A stretch of DNA of 64,000 bases from Geosiphon pyriformis uo1 (lineage: Eukaryota > Fungi > Glomeromycota). The stretch covers positions 62,001 through 126,000 of the forward strand of contig JAAOMT010000597.1 in assembly GCA_016748015.1 (NCBI GenBank). Reading direction: 5' to 3'. Position numbers and translations under genes: made by a program. Under the pieces are notes generated by a model, which had not been told where the DNA came from, did not search any database, and worked only from the letters and a program-made list of their open reading frames with translations. Each line of letters opens with the position of its first letter. Positions within the stretch are counted from its first letter, which is position 1. Below are positions 1-13,200 of the stretch, in pieces.

Positions 1-1460
1 CTTTGAATATTTTGAGATCTAAAAAATTTTCTGATATGTAAGAAGATTTATGTAAGATTTGGTCTGATTCTATTAAAGTTTATATAGACAGTTTTTTAAA
101 ATATACTAGTTCTGCTGGTGTTATTAATGGGGCAGCTGCCTACTTTTAGGCCATGAATATAGATGTTAATATTAAAATATATGGGCTTTTGTTCTTTACA
201 ATGGCTGAATTACAGACTGTTGTATTGTTTTTAGAGTGTATTTTATTTTTTTGTGTAGTGGTTTTATATTTGGATAGTCAATTTATTATTGATATATATG
301 TTTCTAAAGTTTTATTTATTGTACCAAACTTCTATAATCAGTATTGGATAAAAAAAAAGACATATTGTTAATTTAATTAAAAATAAAGATTAAAAATTAT
401 TCAGATATTTTAGGCAATGTTTAAGCTAATATAATGGTAAATAAGACTGCTTATTCTTCTTTTTCTTTGCTGATTAAGGTTTAAAAACATTTCATAATAG
501 TTAAAAATATGGCTATATCTGACAATACTTGTTATTTTGTTTGTAATTTATACAAATCTATTTGTTGTGCTTGATAAAAAGCTGGTTCTAATTATAATAT
601 ATTTTCAAATGCACTGATTAAAAAAATGGATTGAATGGCTATTATAAAGATCTAACATCCTAACTCACATATGCTTTCTGAATTTACTAGTAAAAAATCT
701 GCATGTTAGCATATGTATTTAATGAAAATTGTACACAGATGATTACTAATAGCAGTTAAAAAAAAATTGTATAATAACTTATATTTTAATGTATTATATT
801 TACTATGTGATAAGGTAGAATTATCTGACTATGTTTTTATCTGTGTTGAAAATAGTAATATTCAAAAGAAAATTTTAACAAAAGCTTTTAAAAAATAGGT
901 GTTATTAATAAGTACTTACTGCTCATTTTTTCTGCTGTTCTGTAAATATTTTCTTAGTATTTATTAAATATAAGTTTATATATAACAATTTGCAAGAGAT
1001 TTGTGCTAAAAAACTGGTATGTTAAAACTGTTACACTTTTTGAAGAAAGAGTAAAAGCAGTTTCTGCTCTTGTTAAATATATAAAACATTTAATAAAATT
1101 GTAATAAACTAAAGTATGACTTGTGAGATTAAAACATAAAGTAAACATAAAAAAAGCTGGCTTGGTCAAAGATAGTAGTATAATTTCAGGTTTACTTTGT
1201 TATATGGTATCTATGTTGTCAGATAAAATAATTTAGTTGTTTGGTTTAGTAAAGTTTTTTATAGTTAGTTTTGGTAAACAAAAACAGTACTTTTTTTTTT
1301 TTGGTTTAGGTAAAAATACATATATTAGTATAGATGTTTAGTGTTGTTTTGTTTGGCTTAAATAGCTGGTTATATGTAGTTAAAGCATAAGCTATATTTA
1401 GTTTGAATTACTTAGTTTGGTTCTATGTATTAGATAGTAGTTAGGCTTTACTTGTTAAAC
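1..1460 (+). mobile_element. Degenerate LINE (RNase H-type), 3' part running in from the window edge
   Basis: ORF 153-371 (TMAELQTVVLFLEC...YLDSQ) is homologous to the RNase H region of the LINE at 42659-43690. The 3' UTR (tagtgttgtt...aatagctggttatatgtag...cttgttaaa) matches 44261-44380. Confidence 0.85.
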
Positions 1461-1833
1461 ATATAATAATAATAAAATATTGTTAAATTTTATAATATAA
1501 ATATAATTAATTTTTGTTTAATTAATTTAAAATTTTTGACATGAATAATAGTTTCTTAAAAAATATTTAAATATAATAAATATATATATTATAATAAACT
1601 ATTATATAGTTTTTATATAAATTAATTTAAAATTTAAGATAATATAAAATAATTAATATTAATAACTTAAATTTAATATAAATTTTAATAAAAATATTTC
1701 AAATACATAATAATTGTTTTATTGTTTTTTTGTTTTATAATAATAAAGTTTATTATTAAAGTATTATAAAAAAGTAATTTTAAATATATTAACAAGTTTA
1801 ATAATTAAGATCTAATATTATAAATTAATAATA

Positions 1834-3690
1834 TTTTTTTTTTATTCTTTTTAATAAGTGAAGTCCAAATACTGCCTAATATAATACATCAAAAAATTGA
1901 TCTAATCTAGGTGTAAATTATGCATTTACTATATGCAACCAGTTACTCAAGCTAATCAAGACAACACTAAGCACCTATATAAACAGAAACAGGACTCCTA
2001 ATACCTGAGAGAAACAAATAAAACTTACAAAACCCAAAACTCACACCAATTGCTTCATTAATACTCAACAATCTAACTATACCAGCAGAAAATGATGAAG
2101 ACAGCCCAGAAATTGGTCTTGAAATTGACTCATCAGATGGTATCAGCCCATTTTTTTCCATAAAAGCACGATGCTTGGCACAAACTAACCAAATCTCTTC
2201 CCTAAAAGCAAGACAAAAACCACACACAAAGTCTACCATCTTCCGACTTACACTTTTGGAATCTTTGAAAACTGATGCAGCTTCACAAAGCCAGTCTTTA
2301 AAAACAAAGTTTTTGCAAAGAGCTATACACTACAGCATTTGAAACACAAAATGACAACAATTGAGACACATACAAGGAAGAGATGGAAAGACCAGAAATT
2401 GTGCATTATATAGTTGCATGGGCATTCAACAAACAATAACAGGTCAAATCATCAAACACACAAGAAAAAACATGATCCGAGACTTCAACATTACCACAAT
2501 ACAGACACAATACACTGGGGTAACACCTGTTATATAATCACTTCTATACAGCAACTGGCAACTGATAATGCAAAGATTTTATGAAGTATGTTCGAATACT
2601 AGCAGTAAGTTTACTAGTGAAACCTGCAGCCATGTGTGAGTCAGGATGCCATACTGAGGAAAAGCTATGCCAATCCATGTCTGAAAGCAAACTACTATTT
2701 AAAACACCAGAACCAAAACCAGCATACATGATGAATAGAGCAAAAAATTCCATGCACAAAATGTCTAGATTTCCCAGAAACAACACTACCCTCTGCTAAA
2801 ATACAACATTCCTCCAAGCTGGGAGGAAAACACCAGGGGGAATGAGAAACTACATCAGTGAAAACATTAGCATGTTTATTATCTAAGACACCCAAATGGT
2901 CTTTAATCTTGCACCAAGTGACACTCAAATTCTTTTTCCTAACAATGTTCACAATGTGCTAATGTTCAACCCAACATCAATTCTGAAAATCCAGATGCAC
3001 CAGACTCAATTCTGATATGCATGCATTCAAGACAGTCTAACTGTCTGTGAAAAGATGAACCAAGCTGAAGGAGAGAACACACTCAAGAGCTAAAGCTATA
3101 ACCTGTAGCTCCACTAAAGTAAAGAACAACAGGCCAGAAACCCTAACTCCTAAACCCAAGTTGATGTTCTCAAAAAAGACCACTGTACCAGCTTTCACGT
3201 CAGCACTGTCCAAGTTCCATAAAGATCCATCCATATACACAGATATGACATTATCTGTAACATCCAACAATTGATCACAAACAAGACCAAACTCATTAGA
3301 TCTTAAAACACTTGAAATGCCAGAACTACCCAAAGAGAAAGAATAAGCAAGAGGAGAGACTAAACCACCAAAAAATCAACAGATAGCCTAAACCAGTTAG
3401 AGACAAGACCACATAGGTACAGCCTTTTCTAATGCTTGAAGGTCTTCCAGTCAAAGATAATATCTTTCTGACTATGAAGTTGTTCAACAAAAGCTATGCC
3501 ATAACAGCAAAGAGAAGGAAGAAATCTATAGAACTCAGATTCACCAAGAACAGTCAACATAGAAGTGCCATCCCGAATGTAAAAGAAGCTAACTATTGGA
3601 CCACTCAAAGATAAGTTGTAACCAAAAAAAATACAAACCACACCTGCCAGAAAATTATTGGAAGGGCTGACTCTCATGCGAACTGGATAT
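1834..3690 (-). mobile_element. 5'-truncated LINE copy (post-RT region, RNase H, C-terminus, poly(A) tail)
   Basis: ORF pieces 3429-3677, 3037-3333 (YMDGSL...ELQVIALALEC), 2544-2952 and 1967-2239 (ends SVYIGA*) are collinear with ORF2 42550-44263. A T-run at ~1834-1852 is the poly(A) tail on the minus strand. Confidence 0.9.
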
Positions 3691-4084
3691 TTTAAAAAAA
3701 TATAATATTATTTAAAAAGTTTTAAGATTATTTTAATTATTAGTAATTATAATTTTTTTAATATTATTAAGTTATATTTAAGTATTATTATTTTTATCTA
3801 ATATAAATAATAATAATATTGTCAAAATAAATATACAGTATAATTTTTAATTAATTTATATAACTAGTTATATGTAAAAAAATACATAAATTATATTTAA
3901 TTTAAAATATTTAACTATTATATTATATTAAATAATAATTAAATCTTATTTATTAATTAATAATAAAAAATAATTAAATTTATTTTATTTTTTAACTTTA
4001 TAATAATTAATAATTAATAATTAATAATTATTATTTATTATTATTATTTTTAAGTTTAAAAAAGCTATAAATATTGTTATTTTT

Positions 4085-6420
4085 ATTTTTATTTTTTTAT
4101 TTTTTTTCTTGATTTATTGAGTAAAATCCAATTGCTATCTAATATATAAAACCAGACTAAATAGCTCAAATTAAATGTGACTCATGTACTTATTACATAT
4201 GGTTAGCTATTCAGACCAGACAAAACAATACTACACACTTATACTAATATGTATATCACAGTCTAAACCAAAAAAGAAAAGACATAATCTATAATGACCA
4301 AAACTAACAGTAAAAAACTCAATTATGCTAAGCATCCTAATCATATTATTTAACAGCAAAGACACTATACTATACAACAAACCTAATATCAAACCATTAT
4401 CTTTAATCAAACCAGTTTTCTCCATATTAATCTTATATCTAGATCTTACTAACCAAATCTTAAAATAATACAACTTTATTAAATGTCATATATAATCAAC
4501 AATAGCCAAAACAGTCTTATTTTTTGCATTAAAAATCTCAACAGTCTTTACACATTAGTTTTTTATCACAAATCTCTTATACACCACTATATACAGATTA
4601 GCATCCAAATAATATTGAGAAAGTATTTGCAAAATGACAAAAAAAGACAAATCTTAAACATCTGTTAAAGAAACCCAATATACATAAGTTTTAGCCAAAA
4701 TTTCTTTTCAAATACCAACATCTTAAACACAAGTAAAAACATGATCTGACAATTTTACCTTATCACATAGCAAATACAGCACATTAAAATATTTTTTATT
4801 ATACAACCTCTTTTTAACTGCCATTAGCAGTTATTTGTACACAGTTTTTATTAAATATGTATACAAATTAGAAGACTTTTAACTAGTAAACTCAGTGAGT
4901 ATGTGTAAATCAGAAAGCCAAATCTTTGCAATAGCATTTCAATTCACATCTCTAATTAGTACATCTGAAATTACATTACAGCCAAAACCAGTTTTTCAAT
5001 AAATACAACAAACAGACCTAAATAAATCCCTAACAAAATAATAGACATTGTTAGATACAGTTGTGTTTTCAACCACCAAAAAATGTTTCTACACTCTTAT
5101 TGGCAAAAAAAAAGGAAAATGCACAGTCTTGCTTGTTATAACATCAGCTTTTATATTATTATAAATTCTGAAATGATCTTTAATCTTAACTCAATACACA
5201 GTAAGATTCTTTTTTCTAATTAAATTAAAAATATGTTTTCTTTCTATCCAGCATTGATTATAAAAATTCAGTACTACAAATAACATTTTAGACATATATG
5301 CATTAATAACAGCTTGGCTGTTAAAGTGCAAAACTACAGCACAAAAAAACAGAATACATTTTAAAACCAAAACAACAGCTTGCAATTTGGCCATAGTGAA
5401 AGACAAAAAACCATGAATCTTAATATCAACACTCAAATTCACAGCTAGAAAGTATGCAACTATATCACTAGCAATATTAGTAGAACCAATGTCTTTCAAC
5501 AAACTATTTGTATAGACCTCAATCAAACTAAACCAGATCTCATGTAAACTATTTCATATATCAAAAAACTCTTTAGGTTTCAGAATGTTTAAACCAAATA
5601 GCTAATCAGTCTTAGATATCTCAATATAAGCTTAAACTAATAAAAAACAGAACTTCTAAGATCCAACTTTTTTCAATAATAAAAAGTCTTTTAATCCATT
5701 ATATTACTCTTCTTATCTAAAAGCCTATTACAAAAAACAATTCCAAACTGTTTCAAAAAATAAACAGAATTAAGGTACAAAGTTTTCCCCAAAATTAATA
5801 ATATTGAAAATCTACCAGAACTATGAAAAACATTAGACAGATTGTTTGACAAAGACATTTTATTGTCTAAAAAAATTTTTACCACTCCAGCCAAAAAATT
5901 GTTCATTAAACTAATATATAACTTGACAGAAAACTGCAAAAAATTCAAAGAAGCCCAATTCATAATTTGCAAATTCAAGAATCTGTAAATAAATAAGCAT
6001 TCAAGAATGCCTAAAGCATTAAAAAAAAAATCAAAGCAGCCAATTTCTTTTCAGACTGTACTTGCTTAAATAATTTCAGACTATATAAAGAGAGATGATA
6101 TAAAACTTTATTAAAAAAATTATAAAACAAACAGACTTTAGACTTGAAGCTCTTTTTAATTATAATATTCTACTTGTGACACACATCTGATAAGACAAAA
6201 CTGAACTGAGTTCAGTAATTAACTATAAACTGCAAAACAGTTAACACCAAATCTAAGAACTGTTTATTTGTAATAGCCTTTTTAAGCACTATATTAACAA
6301 AAAAACAAACATCAGAATAAGCCTTGGTCACACTTAGCTTGGACAATTCTTCAATTGACAAAAAAATTTCTAGATATTTATGCACTTTACCTTTTTTGGC
6401 AATTGAAATTGGCTGACCAC
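4085..6420 (-). mobile_element. Degenerate LINE, 3' segment, interrupted by LTR element A
   Basis: ORF pieces 6212-6430 (GQPISIAKKG...YLEIFLS), 5691-5978, 5191-5526 and 4231-4473 match LINE ORF2. T-rich tail at ~4080-4110. Confidence 0.85.
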
Positions 6421-7212
6421 TATTACTCATAGAAAAAGAAAACAGATATAGAAAAATAGTAGACCAATAAGAAAGTAGTAGTTAACACATGAGCACATTG
6501 CTCAGCAATGTAGAGCAATATCAAAAATTATGGCACATTGCTTGAAGAATTATAACACATCACTCAAGAATATGAGCAATCTTGTAGAACCCAAATTATA
6601 TATATATAGTGGTAGTATTAGAAGTAAAAAAAGACAGACCTTCTAGTTTAGATTTCATCTAAACAACCTTCCATTCACAAATATCAATAAATAATTATTT
6701 ACTATCTCAATTCACTCTCCACTATCAACACTTTATGTTGATAGTAATTGATACTTAACCACACTGGAACAATAGCTCTTGATTATGGCTATTGATAGGA
6801 TACTAATTTGCAATTACTTTTGTTTATTTCTTTATCTTCTTTTATTTTTTTTTATTTCCTTTTTTTGTTATTTTTTTGGGTTTACTAAATTGATTAAGAA
6901 TAAAGCACTAAGATACAGATGTCATAGAGATTGGTAAAAGACCCGTAAAACAAGGGTAGAACACTCATAGATTTAAGAATGGCTTACCAGAAAGATTACC
7001 GGCCACCACGCTGAAAAAGAAATTTGATGAAACTGCAGTTTTAGGAAGCTATGGATAAAACCATCAATTAAATTTCTGTCTATTATACAAAGAACTCAAC
7101 AACAAAACCTTTAGATAAACCACACCTTCAGATATCAACACCAGAATACCAACTAAGCACCAAGTTATAGATTTGTTATTTGACTTGAGACCCCAAATAA
7201 TCATCTGTAACA
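6421..7212 (+). repeat. 5' LTR of element A (792 bp)
   Basis: Direct repeat of 25544-26419 and inverted repeat of the B LTRs. Ends GTAACA, then TT and the PBS. Confidence 0.95.
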
Positions 7213-7214
7213 TT

Positions 7215-7232
7215 TAGTGCTCCCTGTGAAGT
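7215..7232 (+). promoter_or_regulatory. Primer binding site of element A
   Basis: T(A)GTGCTCCCTGTGAAG lies 2 nt after the LTR. The intact version in B reads TGGTGCTCCCTGT, complementary to a tRNA 3' end ...GGGAGCACCA. Confidence 0.85.
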
Positions 7233-7274
7233 ATAATTCTACAGAGAACAGCACCAATTATAATCATCCAAACA

Positions 7275-10200
7275 GTGGCAGAATCCAAAGAAATAGGAAC
7301 AAACCTTTTAGGATTTGCAAAATATTTATTCCAACATTATCACACTCATCTTAGATTAACAAATAATAGTTGGCCAACAGAATCAGCTTTCAATTGCTAC
7401 GTTAACAAAAGAATAGTATATCACTTGGAAGGCCAAGAAGATCCAGAATCCATCTTCAACAACTTTTTCAGTGAATTGCTCTAAAGCACCACTCTTCCAC
7501 AAAACTACCTATTTGCACTTCTAATTACAGAAATAAACAGGAAAATTGAAAAATACACCAAACAAAGATTTCCTATCATGTTTGCCAATAAAGGAAAAGA
7601 AAGGCTACAAACACCAGTAGGAACACCAAAGCAAATCCAACTACTCACTTGGAAGAAACAAAGATTTGATTCACCTGCTAATCCATCATATTACCACACA
7701 CCCGGAAGCACTATCAATATAATAAGCACAGCTACAACAAGCACGACAACACTACTAAACAGAATCTCATTCCAAAGTAAACAAAAGAAAGCAGAGTTAT
7801 TAAGAACATATGGCGATTATTTTGAGGAATTTAAATCATGATCCCCAACACCATTAGGAATTTGATCACCACCACCACAACCAGATTTTGGAGCCGTTAG
7901 TCCTTGGAAAATAACTGACTCCAAGGAAAAAGAGAGTAGTGATCAAAAAGTTAATAAGCAAAACCCAATCCTAGAAAATTCAGAAATTAAAACTCCAGTT
8001 AATTAAATTCCAGAAAATTAGAATAATCAAAACCCAACGTAATTAATCAATACTTACTTCTAGTAATTGTGATAAATTTATTATCAGCTCTACCAAACGC
8101 CGAACAGCAACAACAGTCACAACTGCTATCTCAACAACAAATCCAGCAGCAACCACAACAATAACCAATGGCTTATGCTCCAATTACCAAAATCGAAAAA
8201 TTTACTGATGAAGAGAATGATGCCCAAGTATGGCTCAACAATGTGAAAAAAGCCATCACAGCCAATGGATGAAACAATGACAGAGCTCTTCAAGTGATTC
8301 CCTATTTTTTACAAGATACTGCTGACTTGTAATATCAGAGTTTAGCTATTAAACCTCAAACATTTCAGGAATTTAAAACTGCATTCTTGGGATATTTCAG
8401 TAATAATAACAGTATTAATCACTTAGCCAACACCTTTACCACAATCAAACAGGGAGAAACTGAAGCAGTTACCACTTACTTGGGACAGTTTCACAGGAAC
8501 TTGTGCCAAATTCAAGCAATTCAAGCTGACTATTTTACAGCTCCACAGATTTTAAATCAGTTTATACATGGATTGTGCAGTAACCTACTCTAACGAGTAT
8601 GCTCAATGCACCCACAAACTCTCTAGAACACAGTTACCAATGCGAAAGATTTTGAATCAGCACAACTAAAAGCAAATCATGCTCAAGCTGTTAATCTAGT
8701 AATGAATAGATCATCTGAATTGGATTTTAAATTGAAACAACTTAGTGATTCCATCAATCAGAAATTAGAGGGATACTTAGTTGACAATTGTGCAATTTAT
8801 CAATCTTTACAACGACGCAATAACCAAGAAAATGCAAATTATTTCTAGAATTAGTCACATCCATCAACATCATCCAATCAGCTGTGGCAGTAAGAAATGC
8901 ATATCTGCCACTATTGTGGTAAACAAAAACATTTGAAAATCAATTGTCAGTTAAGAATAGAAAACCAATGATCAGGAAATCAATATTAAAACCCTGATCA
9001 CAGGTTTTCAACTCTGAATTATTAATCAAACTCAGCAATATACCAACCAAATTACATACCTATGATGCAGCCGCAAATTTATCAACCTCCAATTTATCAA
9101 CCAACAACACCTGTCATCTATTAACCACAACTTTAACCAATTTATCAGCCGCAGTCACAACCCATTTATCAGTTGCAACCTCAGGTAATCTATCAGTCTC
9201 AACCAATTCAAACACTGCCACAGAACTTACCTCAAAATGGAACCCAAAGACCAAGATTAACCCAACAAAGCTAGAGATTGTCAATAGTAGTTTACCAACT
9301 GATTTCCAGTTCTTCCATACAACCAGCAGAATCTCGACAATAGAATTTAGGTACTGGGTACACCCAAAACCCAAATTCCCAAAACTATTTAAGTCTCCTG
9401 ATTACCCCAAAAGATGCCCAACCCAATAACCCAGAAACCAACCAATACCCAACACTTATCAGCAACATTCCGCCAACTACTATCACCAAGAACAAATCTC
9501 TGGATGCTATCTTCTCATTTGAACTCGAAAAATTGTCGACCATGCTGTTATTTAGTGAAGCCGCACTGGAAAAAAAACCTATTACTGCCATGTATACTGA
9601 TGCCAAAGTTGATGGCCATGCCATCAAACTGATCTTACATAGTGGATCAGTTGGCAGCATCATTACAAGACAATTTATGGACCAATTAGGTCACCAAGTT
9701 AATTGTGCCCTTAGTGCCAGGATCATAACTGCCAATAGAGCAACTAAAACTTCCATTGGTGAGATTAACAACTTCCCTATCAAAGTCAATAGTATCATTG
9801 TCCCAATCAAAGTACTGGTCAAGGAAGCCACCCAATATCAAGTACTCATTAGTAATAATTGGCTATCCAAAACCAACGTGTTGCTTGATTGGAACATGCA
9901 GGAGCTTCAAATTAGCCAAAACAATCAGCACACACACATACCAGCCATGTATGGCCATTTCAAGACCACCAATTTGACAACCCCACTTATTAAATTTGAA
10001 GAAAAAAAAGAGAAGCCTACTTGGGAAGCTTATCAAGTGTTCTGGGCTGATGAAAATTACAATAAACTACTGCCTATACTCTCCTGAGATGACAATGGCA
10101 AAGGAAAACAGAAGAAAACTGAACTTATCTGAAATACCAACCAAGTCTGAGAAACCAACAATGATCAGGATAAACTAATTTGGAAATGGAAAAAAAATAA

Positions 10201-13200
10201 TAATAAAGAAAAAAGAAAAGAGAAGAAAGAGAAAACAACATCTAACAACAATATTTATAGCCCATATGCTTACACTTCCCCACAGCCATCTGGCTATTGC
10301 TGACCAAAATTGGTATGCATCAATTGTGACAAGAAATTGTTGTTAATAGGTGCATGCTGTGGCAATGATGAGAAATACTCCACAGCCACAAGATTTTACT
10401 GCTGCCCATGCATCATAGAGTGCTTTAAATGACCGAAATAACAAGGAAAGTGGGATAACTAATCCTGTCTCACATGTGGAACTATCTTACCTAACAAAGG
10501 AATATGGAATAACATTCCTAGGCATGGAGGAATGTGTAACAAAACATGCCAGTACACTATCCTAATAAACAATTGGATATGCAAGGGAACACCAATTGAC
10601 AATGCCTGGAAAAAAGCATTGTAATGATTGGAAGGATATTCTCATGACAAACATAAACTCTGGAAAATGGCATATGCAAAAACAGAAAGTGCAACAACCA
10701 GTGAACTACTAGAAATCAAAAACAACTCTCTGTTTTTCCCTGAACCCAAATACGTTCAAACTTTTGACATCTTTGGCAACATTGAGGACAATCCAAAAGA
10801 ATTTCATGAACATTACCAACAATTAGCACCCACCAGGAAAAAGCAAAAACAATGCTTGGAAGAAATAAACACTTGATTATGTGACCACTGCTTAATTCCC
10901 TGTGACTTCCAATATTGTAATAAGTGTGACTTCATTTACAATCTACCACCACACATAATCTACACAATTCCAAAAGAAGACAAACCAATGAGCAACTGTG
11001 TATCAGAATCGGAATTATTGTTCGATCCCAATTCAAACTCTGATAATGATGACAATAAAAACACCAGTTTCAGTTCCATCCAATTTGACAACAAAAGTAT
11101 TAACAATTCAGACTCTAATTCAAATCCCGAAATATACATTGCACTTTCCGATCTCTCTAAGGAGCAGGAACTCAAATGGTATAGTGATAATAATAAGGGT
11201 ATCATGTCAGAATATGCACACAATACCAATGTAGGGTTTGATTTGAGATATCCAAGAAAAGAAACCATTAAATTAGAACCAAATTCGTGCATATGTATTG
11301 ATCTCAAAATAACTCTGAAAATTCTAGCAACAACTATGATTCAACTAGCATCTAAGAGTAGTTTAGCAAAAAAAGGAATCAACATCAGAGAAAGAATAAT
11401 TGATGTAAGATATGTAGGAAATATTATCATTATGCTACAAAATGACTTTAAAAAGGCCTATATTATAGAGCCAAATGAAAAGATAACACAAGCAATATTC
11501 CTACCTTTGGTGAAAATAGCTTAATTAGTGTTAGTAAAAAACAAAAAAGAATTAAGAATTACTGCTAGAGAGATACAGGGATTCAGATTAACAGGTAGAA
11601 TAGATATATTAGTCAATATAACAGAGGAAGAAATTATTGACAAAGGAGAAATTATCTCAATTTGTCAAACAATTTCCATTCCACCATATGACCAGTATAT
11701 GTTAGCCATAAGAAGAGAAGTAAAGAATCAAGCTCAGTTGTTTGAAGCAGAAGCCATTATTTGCAAATCAGGAGAGATTGGACTCCTTAATCTCTACATA
11801 TCAGCCAATAACTCCAAAAACATTAAAATCCCCATCTATAACACAACTGGAAATGTCATTAAGATACCAAAAGAAACTATTATTGGATACTTAACCACTG
11901 AAATTGAAGATCAACCACCAAATTATATTCCAGATTTTTCACAGCTTTGTGAATATGTAGACATTACATCACAAACCATCTACGAACAAAGTGAATATTA
12001 TCTGCTTCAACCAGAACAATTGGAACAGATAAACATAAAGAATTTAGACCCACTCTAACAAATACAACTGAAGATATTACTCAACAATTTCAATGACATC
12101 TTTGCTAGTAAAAATGAATTTGGCCACACTAACATCATCCAGCATCAGATTAAGACTGGAGATACAATACCAATCAAGCAAAGAGCATACAGAGTACCAC
12201 CAGCTAGCCATGAAATCATTCATCAAGAAATCAATTGGATGCTTGACAATGAGCTAATTCAGTTATCAATGAGTCCATGGTTATTACCAGTGGTACTAGT
12301 CTGGAAGAAAAATGGGAAAATCTGCTTTTGTATAGATTACCAGAAACTAAATGGAATAACCAAAGGAGATAGCTATCCAACTCCAAAAATCCAAGAACTG
12401 TTTAACACTTTTGGAGGAAATAAATGGTTCTTAACACTGGATTTAGATAATGGTTACTGGCAAGTAGCCATGGATCCAGCCAACAAAGAGAAAACAGCAT
12501 TTACTACAAGAAAAGAAAATTTTGAATTTGAAGTCATGCCATTTGGCTTGATAAATACTCCAGCAACATTCCAACAGCTCATGAAAATTGTCTATATTAG
12601 ATTACTGTGGAAATCAGTAGTTGTTTATTTAGATAACACAAACATGTTCTCAAAAACATTCGATGATTATTTCCACCATTTTCAACAAGTGTTTGAAAGA
12701 CTAAGAAGAGCTGGATTGAAACTAAATGCAACCAAATGTTTCTTTGGAAAAACTGAACTCAAGTTTTTGGGACATGTAGTGAGCAAAGATAGTATCAAAA
12801 CAGATCCAGACAAGAGTGAAGTAGTTAAAAACTTTCCAGTACCAACCAACTTGACAGAACTAAGAGCATTTTTGGGTTTTGCAGGCTACTATTATCATTT
12901 TATCAAAGACTTTGCAAAACTGGCTCAGCCACTTCATCATTTACAAACAAAGAATGTGAAATATAAATAGACCAAAGCTCAACAAGAAGCATTTAACACA
13001 TTAAAAAGAAAGCTTATCTAAGCTCCAGTATTGATGTATCCAGATTACAACAAACCATTCATAATTACCACTGATGCATCAGATCAAGCATTGGGAGCAG
13101 TACTTTTACAGAAAGGACCCAATAGAAGAGAACATTCAATAGCTTATGCCAGTAGAAGCTTAAGTCCAGCTGAAAAAAACTATAGAACTCTAGCACTAGA

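Noticed and set aside
9100-9540. Programmed gag-pol frameshift or overlapping Ser/Thr-rich ORF
   Set aside because: Gag and protease pieces of element A are in the same frame. The alternative-frame ORFs are shadows of the Gln/Pro-rich repeat.
10440-10660. Cytidine deaminase (HxE and PCxxC) inside the Cys-rich domain
   Set aside because: PCxxC precedes the HD(E/K) motif, which is the wrong order, and spacing to the later Cys cluster does not fit. Not supportable without a structure search.
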